64,000 nt of DNA from Psammoneis japonica (lineage: Eukaryota): NCBI GenBank assembly GCA_008632985.1, contig QPGO01000005.1, forward strand, positions 765,607-829,606, in the 5' to 3' direction. Shown here in pieces: positions 11,801-22,833 of the stretch (position 1 is its first letter; each line of letters opens with the position of its first letter). The notes under the pieces were generated by a model. It saw nothing but the letters and a program-made list of their open reading frames with translations, was not told where the DNA came from and searched no databases. Position numbers and translations under genes: made by a program.

Positions 11801-14302
11801 CTTTTTCGATTTGCAATGTTTCTCGACGTGTGGTCTCCCGGTGATGTCCCTGACCAAGAAGGCAACACGAAGTTCCTCACACACCTGGACTGCATCACTT
11901 CTTTTGCTGTGGCAGATTTTTTGTCTTCCACAGTCAATTCGGAGTCCGTCGGCCAAGTTGTCATGAGCAAGTTTTCATCGTGTGTGGCCTGTCATGGCTG
12001 ACTGTTGTCGATGCTGACTTGCTGTTTGCTGGAGTGTTCAAACGTCTGTTTCAACTGCTGCGAGTGCTGGTCAAACCCGTGTCACGCGAAAACCACCGTG
12101 CTGTCCGCAACGAGCATTTTCACTGCTGTCTCCACAAGACAGAGAGAATCAACTTGGCAGATGCAAGTCAGTTGACACTTTGGAAGCTCGGCGTTCTTTT
12201 CACTGTGTGTGCATGGAACGTGTCTCCTGTTGACACTGCTGACATCCCAAGGTTGCCAGCAGCTGTTGGACGTGAGTTTCCTTTTCCTTTGGACATTCAA
12301 GCTCAACCGATTCATGACTCAGCCTCAGTGCCACAACATGCTCTCAAGCATTTTGAATTGACTGCTCCATTGCTGTTCAAGCAGCATGAGTTGTTGAACA
12401 CATTGAATGATGAGCGGCGTCACAGGCACATTGAACTAAAAAATGAATGCCGAGCATGCCGCGAGTTCAATCCAGGAGATGTGGTGTGTGTACGAAAACA
12501 AGTCAAGTCGGACAAGTCACAAGACATCTCCGCCAAGCTGTCATTTTGCACTGAGGGTCCATGCAGAGTGCTTGAAAAGGTCTCCCCTGTTTCTTGCAAG
12601 ATGCAAAAGCTGCCCTTTGTCCAAGGATTGGGTCGCCCCAGACGGTTTCACAAAGAGAATGTCACGCGAATGATGCTGTTGCCATCCACAATGATTTTTC
12701 ATAAGACAGCTGACGGTGCTGACACTCGTTTTTTGCATTTCCACTCTGAGATGGCCGGTTCTCCTTTAGAAAAGTGGCTGGGAAATGTCCCACGCGGTGG
12801 CTGCTCCAAGGCCGATGCAGGAGAAGACTTTGCATTTGAACCTTTGCAAAGCATTTGGTCCGACAAGCCTCCAGTTGAAACCAATTCCTCGGGTTCAGAC
12901 TCTCAAAATCAAGCCCAAGAGTTGGAGACAGTTGACGACCCAGACAGTGACTCAGACGAGGAAGGCTCTGCAACCAACGCAGCGCCTCTCCCTGCTCTGG
13001 TCCCCGGCACAGTTCATCCAAGAACCAAGCAGTTTTTTGCCAAGTTGCACAAGTCCATGTCCAACTCGACTGCCAAGATGTTTTTTGTTGCCTGTCATCC
13101 CCAAGCTCAAGTGACTCCCATGCTCGGCACAGGCACAAGCAGATTGGCCCGAGTCCAATCATTGTCACGCTGCTGCTCAAGGTGTGTGTGACGTGCGTTG
13201 GTGGGTGCAGCAGCACTCAGATCAGAGTTCAAGGTCGTCAGTTAACAGCAGGTTCTGGCTGGACGTTCACAAGATCTGCACCAATGGTCGAGACCCAGAG
13301 CCTTTCCCAGTTAGACCTCAGAAAGTGGATGAAATTTTAGCAGCAAATGACACTCTCGTTTGGCCATCTGCCCCTTTCCCTTTGGCTGAGCATTTCGTGG
13401 TGGGACCATTTGATTTGTGCAAGGCGCATGTGGGACTTCAAGTCCCAAAGCGTCAGGCAGTCTCTGAAGCCTGCCACATTGACAATGTTCATTGGACGAG
13501 GCTCGAACAAGAAGCCCCAAAATTTTGACTCGACGCATCGCATGTTCGACACACCCCGGATTTGTTGCCGGATCGGCAAATGCATTCAGTGCATTGCATT
13601 CATTTTCTTTTCAGTCCAACATTTTGCACTCCATTCCAAGTGTCAGTTTAGGCACTTTGTATCCAGTCTATGACCAAGGAGTTATCGGCTCAGGAGTTGA
13701 TGCCCCAAGTTCGAGCTCTGACAGCTGGAATTGTCTGCCAGGCGTGAGACGAGAGTTTGACTCATCCAAGCCATCGCGGGACTCTAGATCCCTTGCACAC
13801 TGGTTTGATTCCGACGCCATATGAGGGCTAGTGGAAAACGGTTGCAAGGATCCGGTGCTCTGTACAACGTAGCGTGGATGTGTCTGGTGTGGGGGTGTGC
13901 GGTGAGTGCGACGCCCTTCGAATGCGCGAAGTTTCAGACTCCATGCGTTGTGGAACCCTGAGGCATCTGATGTGGCTCTGCTAGTTATGACAGAGGTGAA
14001 GACCATGTGACAGGATAGCCCTAAAAAATTTTCTTGTCAAGAACATGGGAGGACGCAATCTGTCCTCTAACTTTTGTGCTGTGAGAGCCTGCTCTTTGGA
14101 AAGGGGGGTGTCGACAGCGTCCGTCAGTAGTCCGTGAGGACATGCGAAGCGAACTGAGTCGAGTTGATCGTGGATACGACGACGTGACACTCATCGTGTT
14201 CTCGCACAATCACAATCACTCGACATCAGTCTGGTGACAATCTTCCTTGTGTGCGGTACTACTCGTTTTCTTTATAACACAACGTTGTGGTTTTGACTGA
14301 CA
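8807..14302 (+). mobile_element. Older degenerate Ty3/Gypsy-like retrotransposon (different family)
   Basis: Frameshifted pol fragments: RT ('PWGALIV', 'LNQVTRPFNFPIP', 'NLDCGHWQV', 'WNVMPVG', 'VIVDDV'), RNase H ('FYVETNWSKDVVGAALLQA') and an integrase-like ORF at 11980-13191. PPT-like GGAAAGGGGGG at 14098-14108 precedes a putative TGTC...GACA LTR at 14109-14302. No matching 5' LTR was found and the left boundary is uncertain. Confidence 0.8.
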
Positions 14303-14668
14303 TCCATCCCAAAGCCTCAACCATGCTTCAATTGTGTCTTTTAGTTGAAGGCACTGCAGTGTAGAAAACAGAATACAGAGATTCCCGAAGGGTTCTCCCA
14401 TTCGTACAAGTACAAAGCAAAAAGCAATGCACGAGATTCTCAAACATGCCCTTGTTGTCGTCCTTCTCACTCCGTATGGCTCGCTTCGCCGAGACGACGA
14501 TATTCCCTGGTCCGCTCCCGCTATTATATGGCATGTATGCGTGAACATCGAATAACAGTGCACGCATCTGACACGCCCTCGCTCCACGCACGTCTAACTC
14601 GGAAAAGGGAAAAGTCTCATCCGCATCCGCTCACTTTTTCAACTTGAACAACGCCATTTCGAGAAAAT

Positions 14669-15800
14669 ATGGGTGTCTCTAAACATGGCGAGGATTTTGC
14701 AAAAGAAAAGGATCCGTCGATCACCGTAGCGGGAAGAGAAATAGCTGAGGATGGAGGCCATCGGAAACCCACTAGTGAGTATGTGCTCAACGTAGCCTTC
14801 GTCTCGTTCCTCGGTTTCACAGTCGTTCAAACAATCTTTGCGCTGAGAGCAAAGAGTGAGGTGAGTGAGCCATTTCATCTAGTATTTTGTTCCCTTTTAC
14901 TCGTGTGTATTGCTCACTCGTTGTCTTCTCCACGTTTTTCTCAAAGGCAATGTTAGCGGACTCGGAGGCGATGTTTGTTGATGCGCTTACCTATCTCTTT
15001 AATCTTTGGGCAGAAAGACTCAAAAATAGACCGTACACTGCTGAAGAAGTAGCATTATCTCACAATGAGCGTCACCGACGGTGGAAGTTGAAAAGGCTGT
15101 ACTTGGAGCTTATTCCTCCATTTATCAGTATCTCTAAGCTTGTTGTTGTAACAGTTCAAGCTCTACAAGAATCATTAGGAACTTTTCTGCGTACAATAAT
15201 GCTGATGACAACGCGTCTCCTGCCTTGAATGTCATGTTGTTCTTTTCGGGCTAGAATCTGCTTTTGGATGTTGTCAATGTGCCGTGCTTTACCAAAGCAG
15301 ACCATGCTGTTTGACTCCCAATAAACCATGAAGACATGCAGCTGTTGCATCACGGAATAACACAAGCATTCAAATCTTCGATCAGACGCGAAGAAGGTAT
15401 GAAAGTTTCAGCAAAGAACTCCATTCCATCATACCAGGCCATTGATGATACTTCAGACCGCGTTCACGATGACGAGGGTACTTCATTGGTAACAGAAACA
15501 TCCGGTGAGCACGCCTCAGACAGTGATAGTCTCAGTTCTGACGGTGACTTTATTGGCGTCGTCAATTTGAACATGAATATGTGCTCTGCCTGGACGCATG
15601 TTTGCGCAGATACTCTTCGAAGCATTGCGGTGTTTATAGCCGCAGCTAGTTCATAGGGTATCAGCGGAAGCTGCAGATGCTGTTGCGGCAATCATTGTCT
15701 CCTTTATCATTATTTCTAGCCTCACACCCCTGATTCAGGCAGGGGCTTTTCCTTACCGCCTTTGAAATCATAAAGATGAAAAGAGAAGACCGTTTACATC
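14669..15800 (+). pseudogene. Cation diffusion facilitator (CDF/ZnT-like) transporter, disrupted
   Basis: Exon 1 at 14669-14860, GT-AG intron at 14861-14946. Motifs 'AMLADSEAMFVDALTY', 'NMCSAWTHVCADTLRS' and 'ADAVAAIIVS'. Frameshifts near 15190 and 15655 plus in-frame stops. The 3' end is approximate. Confidence 0.75.
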
Positions 15801-16350
15801 AACCATCCTCCCGTTTGGGATGGACGATATCAGTCTAAGAGTCGCAACGGAGTTCGTTGTCTGGTCTTGGCTTGAGTATCAAGGCGAGGATTTCAGTTGA
15901 CGACGAGAGATGAGAAAGGTGGGGCGGAGGTAGCGATGTAATTTTAAGCACGAATAGACTAGGGTCTATGGATAAGATGGCGACTACTGGAAGGTTCTTT
16001 CTGAAACTCGAAGACCGTTATTCGAACCCGTACTTCTAGCGGTACTCAACACGTTCACAATGGGTTTGTACATCGCCCACGACGGTGAAACCACGCTAGT
16101 GGCAAGAAAAGGGAAGTGATACCACCAACAAGAATCGTACTATGATACTGACAACATCATCGTGGGAACTGTTCTCGGAAGCAAGAAGCGTCGGTAGGAA
16201 CCTTTGCTTCTTCTGCTTCTTTGCATAAAGCCACGGAAGGGTGTTGATTTTATACAGCATGGACCCAATGCCCATCCTACTTTGAGCCCCCAATTACATC
16301 GAGGGCGCAGGAATGTAAGCGGCTTGTGCTTGACAACATTAGGTCTTAAC

Positions 16351-16477
16351 GTCAGAGAGTAGAGAGCTACTACAGTGCTACTCTACTCTAGCTAGAGTAG
16401 TAGCTACTAGTAGAGAGTAGCTCTACTCTAGAGAGTACCGGTAGAGTAGAAGCTAGTAGAGTTAATAGAGAGGCTAG
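16351..16477. repeat. TAG/CTA-rich low-complexity intergenic patch
   Basis: Built almost entirely of tag/cta/gag/ctc words (agagtagagagctactacagtgctactctactctagctagagtagtagctactagtag...), between two convergent 3' ends. Confidence 0.8.
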
Positions 16478-16616
16478 GGAATAGGAATAGCGAAACGAGC
16501 GTACATTACATGCCACTAGTAGCGAAAACAATGCTCTGACTGCATGCTACTCGCAGTACAAGCACAAGAACACATGCACATCTCCTTCCGCCCCAACTTA
16601 GCCCAATCTCTCCTCT

Positions 16617-18148
16617 CTACACATCAGCTACCGCAGTCGGCGTTGTAAAAACAAACCCTATCCCTGTCAACGCATCCAGTCGCTCTTGAGTCATGGCCGA
16701 CGGCTGTCCTTTTTGCATCAAGTCATAGGCACGTCGCTGTTGGGTGCAAAATCGATGCAACAACAAGTTGCTATTAGGATCCACGTTGCAATGCCCGTGG
16801 ACATTCTTGTAAACAACAAGATCGTTGAATCGATCGTTCCAAGAATCTGCATCGCTGCTGTCCTTGGCCGCGTTTCTACCGACCCATGGGAACGAAATGG
16901 CATCTAACTTTGCGATGCGTTCAGCCGTCAAGGGCGAGGTCTTTCCTTCGCAACGCGACTTGTACTGAGATCGCTGTAAGGCAACCCAGCGGTACAAGCC
17001 TGGACTGGCTTCGTATTTCTTGGGAACGTTGAAATGCCCATGAAGCTCCTTGAAAACTACCAAAGCATCGTAAAGAGTGTGCCATTTGACACCACTCGAC
17101 GGCGTGTTAACCCAAGAGAATCCCAGGTCCTCCAGAAGCTGGATCCGATCCACCGTGAGTTGACTCGCTTCGCCATTCTGAAACTGGCGATAACTCTTGC
17201 GCTGGTTTGCAATCCAGGTTGGCAAGTACTGGCGAGGCTGGTAGTTGGAAGGTACGTTGCAATGTCCATGTTCCTCATAGAACCGGATCAGCTCTCCGTA
17301 AAAATCTCTCCAAGTCGCTTCGAAAGGATCCCAACAAAAGTCAAGGCTGTCGAGTGCTGCCTTACGTTGCCACTTGATCTTGTCTCGCTTATGCCGTTGA
17401 GCCTTGACCCAATTCAGGAGTGCCTGAATGGACGCAATCATATTATGTGTAAGATTCTGCAATCCGCAACGTAATTTTCATAATCAAAATTTTCACATAC
17501 CTGATAATCCTCGTTATCCTTGTAAAGCTCGTTGCCTCCCCGCGAAAAGAGGATATCGCCGTGCTCTTCCTTCCATGCCTTGAGTTTCGCAAACATATCG
17601 TTCCAATCATCCTTTTCCTTCAGCTCGGCTTGAACCACGAGCGACTTGGCAATGTTGGTTGCCTCTTGCGCCGTGCGGTGCTTTGTCTCGGCCAACACCA
17701 ATTGCTCCTGAACTTCTGCTAAGCGACGTTTGACTTGACTTACCAGAAGCAAGGATGCGTTTTCTTCCTTCTTACAAGCATCCATATGCGCATAAGCCTC
17801 CGTCACTTCCTCACTCCTGGGTGTCTTTGCAGGAAGAGATCGTGGCTTCCGCTTGGCTGGCTGAGCTCCTCCGAAGTATGCGCTTTTAGGACACGAGACG
17901 TGGTGCCCCTTTTTGTACGAGGGACCCCTTTCGCACCGCTTGCACTTGCCATCAGCCGTCAAACCACCACCTTGACTATCGGGCTTGCGTTTGATACCCG
18001 CCGTAGCTTCTCCTGCTCCTTCATCACTCGCTTCTGGGGCTGCTACGGCGGCACTCGTAGCCTCCATACTATCATCGTCAGGTTGCTCTTCCTCTTCATT
18101 TGGCAAAGTCACCTCTGCCGGTGTCATTGCGGGGTTACCATCCATCAT
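16617..18148 (-). CDS. Helicase-associated (HA) repeat domain protein, 2 exons
   Basis: Exons 18148-17501 and 17423-16617 with a phase-0 GT-AG intron at 17500-17424. Four repeats of the type W..(F/Y)..L..(F/Y)...HG.(CNVP)...L..W...QR...R...L..(L/I)GF.W. Confidence 0.9.
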
Positions 18149-18499
18149 GTCAAAGATTCTATCTCAGTCGTTGCTTGTGGGGAGCCTGCAGCGGGGGGAG
18201 TTGGGGGGATGCGGTCGTTGCGTCTTTGTCTTCGTCGCGTCGTGTCAGCGATGAGAGTGGGGTGCGAATTTTTCACAGTTCGCGTAGAAACTTTACGAAA
18301 ATATGCCTTGAATGAAGTGTCACCGAAAAAATCAACTACAGTGCCGACATCATGACGTTTTCTTGTTAAAGAGCTCGAAATCTACTTAACCTTCTACTTT
18401 TACTTGTACCTTCTTATCATTTGTAAAGAAACGAGCTCCTTGTGCAAGAAAATCTGTTATGGGTTATGGCCACTCAGCCAATGCGCGATGTAGAACCTG

Positions 18500-19226
18500 T
18501 GAAGAACAGGTTCATCGAAGACCCCCAACACTGCCATCAGTCGTCTGCAGCTGGTGTGTTGGCAGGCCATGCCAATGTGTCCTTTCACTCTGGAGATGGG
18601 AGAGCTTGAAGTCTCGCTCTCTTTTCTGACCAGGCACGAGGTGATGAAGAAACTTGGCTCCAACCACACACAGCTGCACCAGACTGGCCTCGCAGTGCTC
18701 AGCCACAGCTCTCACAGTGCTCCGTGGGTTCCACCAGAGTTCACCAACATTCTCAGTCTGCAGATGTCTTTGTTGGTTGCATCATCATGTGCTTTCACTC
18801 TTTGGAGTTGTGAGCCCCAGCTCTGTGATGGGCCAATCGACGGGCGTTGCAGCACTCAACCACATTTCTCAAAGTGTTCCCTGGGCTCCACAAGAGACCA
18901 TCATCATTGCCCTCATCCTGCAGTTGTTGCACTGATTGACTGCACATCAGGGTGTCCTTTCCCACTGAAATGTGGGAATTTCAATTCTGGCTGTGACACA
19001 GTGAAACAACTGCTGGCTGCTGCTGCTGCTGCACAAAATGAGTGCAACACTCAACCACATTTCTCAAAGTGTTTTTTCCCTCCCTGGAAGAGACCTCAAA
19101 GTCTCTCAGCCTGCAGTTGTTGGGTTGGTTGGTTGCCCCACATTGTCCCATCCCACATCACTCTAGAGTCAGGAATTTCAGCTCACTCTGGCATGGACAA
19201 AATGACTTGGGGGTGCAATTGCAGCC
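18500..19226. repeat. Left portion of the TpA-depleted repeat block interrupted by element 2
   Basis: Contains diverged copies of the ~190-bp unit seen at 22834-26130 ('ttctcaaagtgttccctggg', 'ctgcagttgttgggttggttggttgc'). Almost no TpA. Confidence 0.7.
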
Positions 19227-19593
19227 TGCACTATGCTCGAAGAACGAGTGTAAACGAAAGTAGAATAGTGTGCGAAAAGTGGAAATTATAAGATTAAATT
19301 TTGCTCTGTGATTTTTGGTTTCTCCGAACGAGTTCTCAATGGCCTAAAGCTTCTGTACTGCTTCTACAGACAAAAGGCCTTTCGGAGAATATATTCGTGA
19401 CAACAGATTGTCCGGATACGATTGCTATTGACACGTAAGATGTCAACATCGTCAATCGATCGTATTTGCAATTCTCGACATCCGATCAACTCTGTGTGAT
19501 CGTTCTGTCCTTTGTACGCATCCACGACTGTGGTACGATTGACATATAAATAATATATAATCATAAATATGTATATAACAGTCGCATACTGCA
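19227..19593 (-). repeat. 3' LTR of element 2 (TpA intact)
   Basis: Direct repeat of 22463-22829, about 30 TpA sites. Confidence 0.96.
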
Positions 19594-22462
19594 TTCGCCT
19601 CCCTAATTGCACATTAGAGTCATTTGTTAAGTGGATTATTCGACGGATATTGACAGTGTCAATAATGTCTCCACGTTCACTGTATTGTGCCATTAGTAAT
19701 GACTGTTGTCGTTTTGTATAGGCCATGTGGGGCCGTTCCAATTTCCGAATGTCTTATGAGAGTGACATCGTTTGTTTCTCACTTTATATATATGTATATA
19801 TAGTATTACGTCGAGTATTCTCGTTGACGTTCTTTGTTGATATGAACACAAGGACCAATTGTCCTGCAGTGTTTTTCATGATATCGATTGTACATAGCAT
19901 TTTGCCCAGTACTCGATGTACGCCCTTAATTGGCGTTCACTTACTCTTACTTGTGGATTTCGTGTAGTTTGGCGGGCTTACTTCATATGCCATATTGCTC
20001 TGCTGCACTACCACGTTTCTTAAGTAGTAATTAACGATGGTCAAGGATATGACCATTTCGTCTTGATATATTCAATCCTGTGATGGTTATGAATTCCATT
20101 ATGGATTTTTGTGTACTTCAACCATCTATCAGTTGGATTTTAATCGTTATTTGGACGTTTCTTTTTGACATACCGGTGTTATTTTGTCATTCCGAAGGCA
20201 CTGCTTTCGTGCACTATGGGGATAATGTCCATTTTTGTGTTTTGTTTCTGAATCTTTGGCACATCTCGTGTGACGTTATTTTGTCTTGCCTCGTACATCG
20301 TACATTACAATCGTACGGGTGCTGTGAGATTGTCTTTTTTGCCAATGTGAAGTAGGTACGTATAATGTACGTATACCAATCTGTCACAGATTTTTTTTCT
20401 TAACCGTCTTTAAATAAGGCGATTTTTTCTTTATGACATGAGCATTTTTGATCTCGCTCGCCTCCACGAAAAGTGTTCGTATGATATGTCGCGTCCGACA
20501 ATTTGGAGGGAATGTCTTTATCCCGTTTTAACGGTAGGACATTGTCGTAGGATTCAATTTTCTATAGTAAGTCGGCTGATCGCGTCTATCGCGACGATGT
20601 TCGCCTTGCCCTCGTTGTATTCTAATTCGGGACTGAAGTTGTCAACGTATGACTTTGTCCGTTGTGTCTTATGATCAGTATATGTATAAATCTGTTGGCC
20701 AAACAGTATATTTCGGAATTTTATAAGTGTTTTCACTATGGACAGAAGTTCTTTTTTCCGTTGTAACGTATAATATTGAAATACGTGTATGATAACAATA
20801 TAGTTTTTGATTTGATACGCTCCATATTTTCGGAGACTTTTCGTTCCGTACTTGTACTTTTGCCGTTTGACCTTTATTGAGGTGAATTTGGCTAGTATTG
20901 TACAGGAGATCGTTGAGACTACATGTCTCGATAATAGTAACGTATGACAACGAGATGTCGTAGTGTTCTTTACGTTTTTCTCGTGTTGCGATTGCTTGAA
21001 TCGCCTCCATTTTCTTTGCAATCGATTGCATATCGTTACGCATGGAAGTCTTGATAGTTTATTTCAAGTTAAACAGTGAAGGACTTTTGTTGTTAACCTT
21101 CTAAGCAACTGTTCTAGTCGTTTGAATGCCGTATTAAGCTGTACTTGTACAGGTGATATTTTGAAGTTACTTTTGTCAGGCACAAACGATCACATGTGGT
21201 CGTTCTGACAACTTCAAACCTGTTATGAGTTCACTCAAGTGTTGTATAAAAATATCTGGGGCTCTATAGATTCTCATTGGAAGTCCATAGTGCTCATTTT
21301 CTCCCCACGGCATGATTTTCGTGTGAGCACGACGTGTGCTTTTTTTATTTGACATGGTGGCATTCCATGTTTGAATCAAATAGATTACATATATGAAACG
21401 TTCTTGCTTCAATAGTATTTCCTGAACATTGGGTAAAGGACACACCACCTGTATGAACCTCATGCTAAGCTTCTGAGTGTCGGACACGGTCGAACTCGAC
21501 CTGTTTTCTTTAGACAATGAGTCTCAGAGCGACTTGTTCAGAGCAACTTCATTCTTAAGACTTCAATCTTTCATAATAGGTCAAACTCCTTTTGATTGGA
21601 CGCCTCCAAAGACTATGATAGGGGAAGGTTCTCACGCGTCGTGGAATCGCGTCAGATTTTCCACGATGAGATCCACTGATGCTTCCCATGCATTCGTCTG
21701 AGGAACTTTTCAAAACGATTTCAACCTCTTAAGAAGAAGATTGAGTTGGTTGTGTTCATTTGGGTTAGATGCATCGCCGTAGTTGTCACTTGATTAAGAT
21801 CGATGGCGTGATGATGTGAGTCGAGGACCATTGGTTCCGTCATTAACTCTATTCACGGCGTCACATTTTTCAATGTGATCGGTTTTCAGCTTGAAAACAT
21901 CGGCATCGAAGAGTGTATGAACATTCTTCATAAGGTAATTGCTTCTTCCCATTAGATTTCTTCATTTGCGTAGTCCAACATGACTTGCAGGACTGGACAT
22001 TAAGTCGCGTCCCATGATCGTGTCATTTGAACCTGAAGAAAATTTGGTGTTTTCAACATGCACTGTTTGCATGTCAGCATGCCTTAAATTTCGCATGGTG
22101 AGAACTGAATTCGGTGTTTGCTGTCAGTCGTAAAGAGCTCACCCTTGGTTTCCCAAGTTTTTGGTGGCGGATTCTTGTGTTCTCAACTTTCGCACGAATT
22201 TGCGCAAAATTGTGGTTGACGATGTTCCGTTGTCGATAGGAACACGTAGATGCTTTTTTTTTTTTGCTTTTCTCAGAGAAGTGATCATGTGGACAGCGAG
22301 AGTGGGACTCGCATAACATGCTGTGATGCTTTTTATGGGTTTCCAGACATCCTGCAACGCGTCATGCTCCTTGAGCGGCACAAATTTTTGATCGGACTCG
22401 ATTGGGTCAATTTTTTTAAATTGACAGTTTTGTTCGTTAAGCGTTTTAGAGTCTTGACACAA

Positions 22463-22829
22463 TGCACTGTGCTCGAAGAACGAGTGCAAACAAAAGTAGA
22501 ACAGTGTGCGAAAAGTGGAAATTATGAGATTAAATTTTGCTCTGTGATTTTTGGTTTCTCCGAACGAGTTCTCAATGGCCTGAAGCTTCTGCACTGCTTC
22601 TACAGACAAAAGGCCTTTCGGAGAATGTGTTCGTGACAACAGATTGTCCGGGTGCGATTGCCATTGACACGTAAGATGTCAACATCGTCAATCGATCGTA
22701 TTTGCAATTCTCGACATCCGATCAACTCTGTGTGATCGTTCTGTCCTTTGCACGCATCCACGACTGTGGTGCGATTGACATGCAAATAACACACAATCAC
22801 AAATGTGCATGTGACAGTCGCATGCTGCA
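22463..22829 (-). repeat. 5' LTR of element 2 (TpA converted)
   Basis: Direct repeat of 19227-19593, only about 7 TpA sites left. Confidence 0.96.
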
Positions 22830-22833
22830 AGCC

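Larger units (their letters stand above)
19227..22829 (-). mobile_element. Internally deleted, non-autonomous Ty3/Gypsy LTR element (element 2)
   Basis: Two 367-bp LTRs (TGCA...TGCA), 4-bp TSD AGCC (19223-19226 and 22830-22833), PPT AGGGAGGCGAA at 19594-19604. Broken pol remnants: protease 'IDNGTSST' and 'MGRDL', RT 'IMPWGENEHYGLPM', RNase H 'KELLSIV...YTDHK', integrase end 'VNIRRI'. No gag seen. Confidence 0.93.

Noticed and set aside
3655..22829. Classical RIP (CpA to TpA) as the cause of the LTR differences
   Set aside because: The polarity is wrong: conserved Tyr codons are lost, no premature stops accumulate in element 1, and old repeats are TpA-poor rather than TpA-rich.
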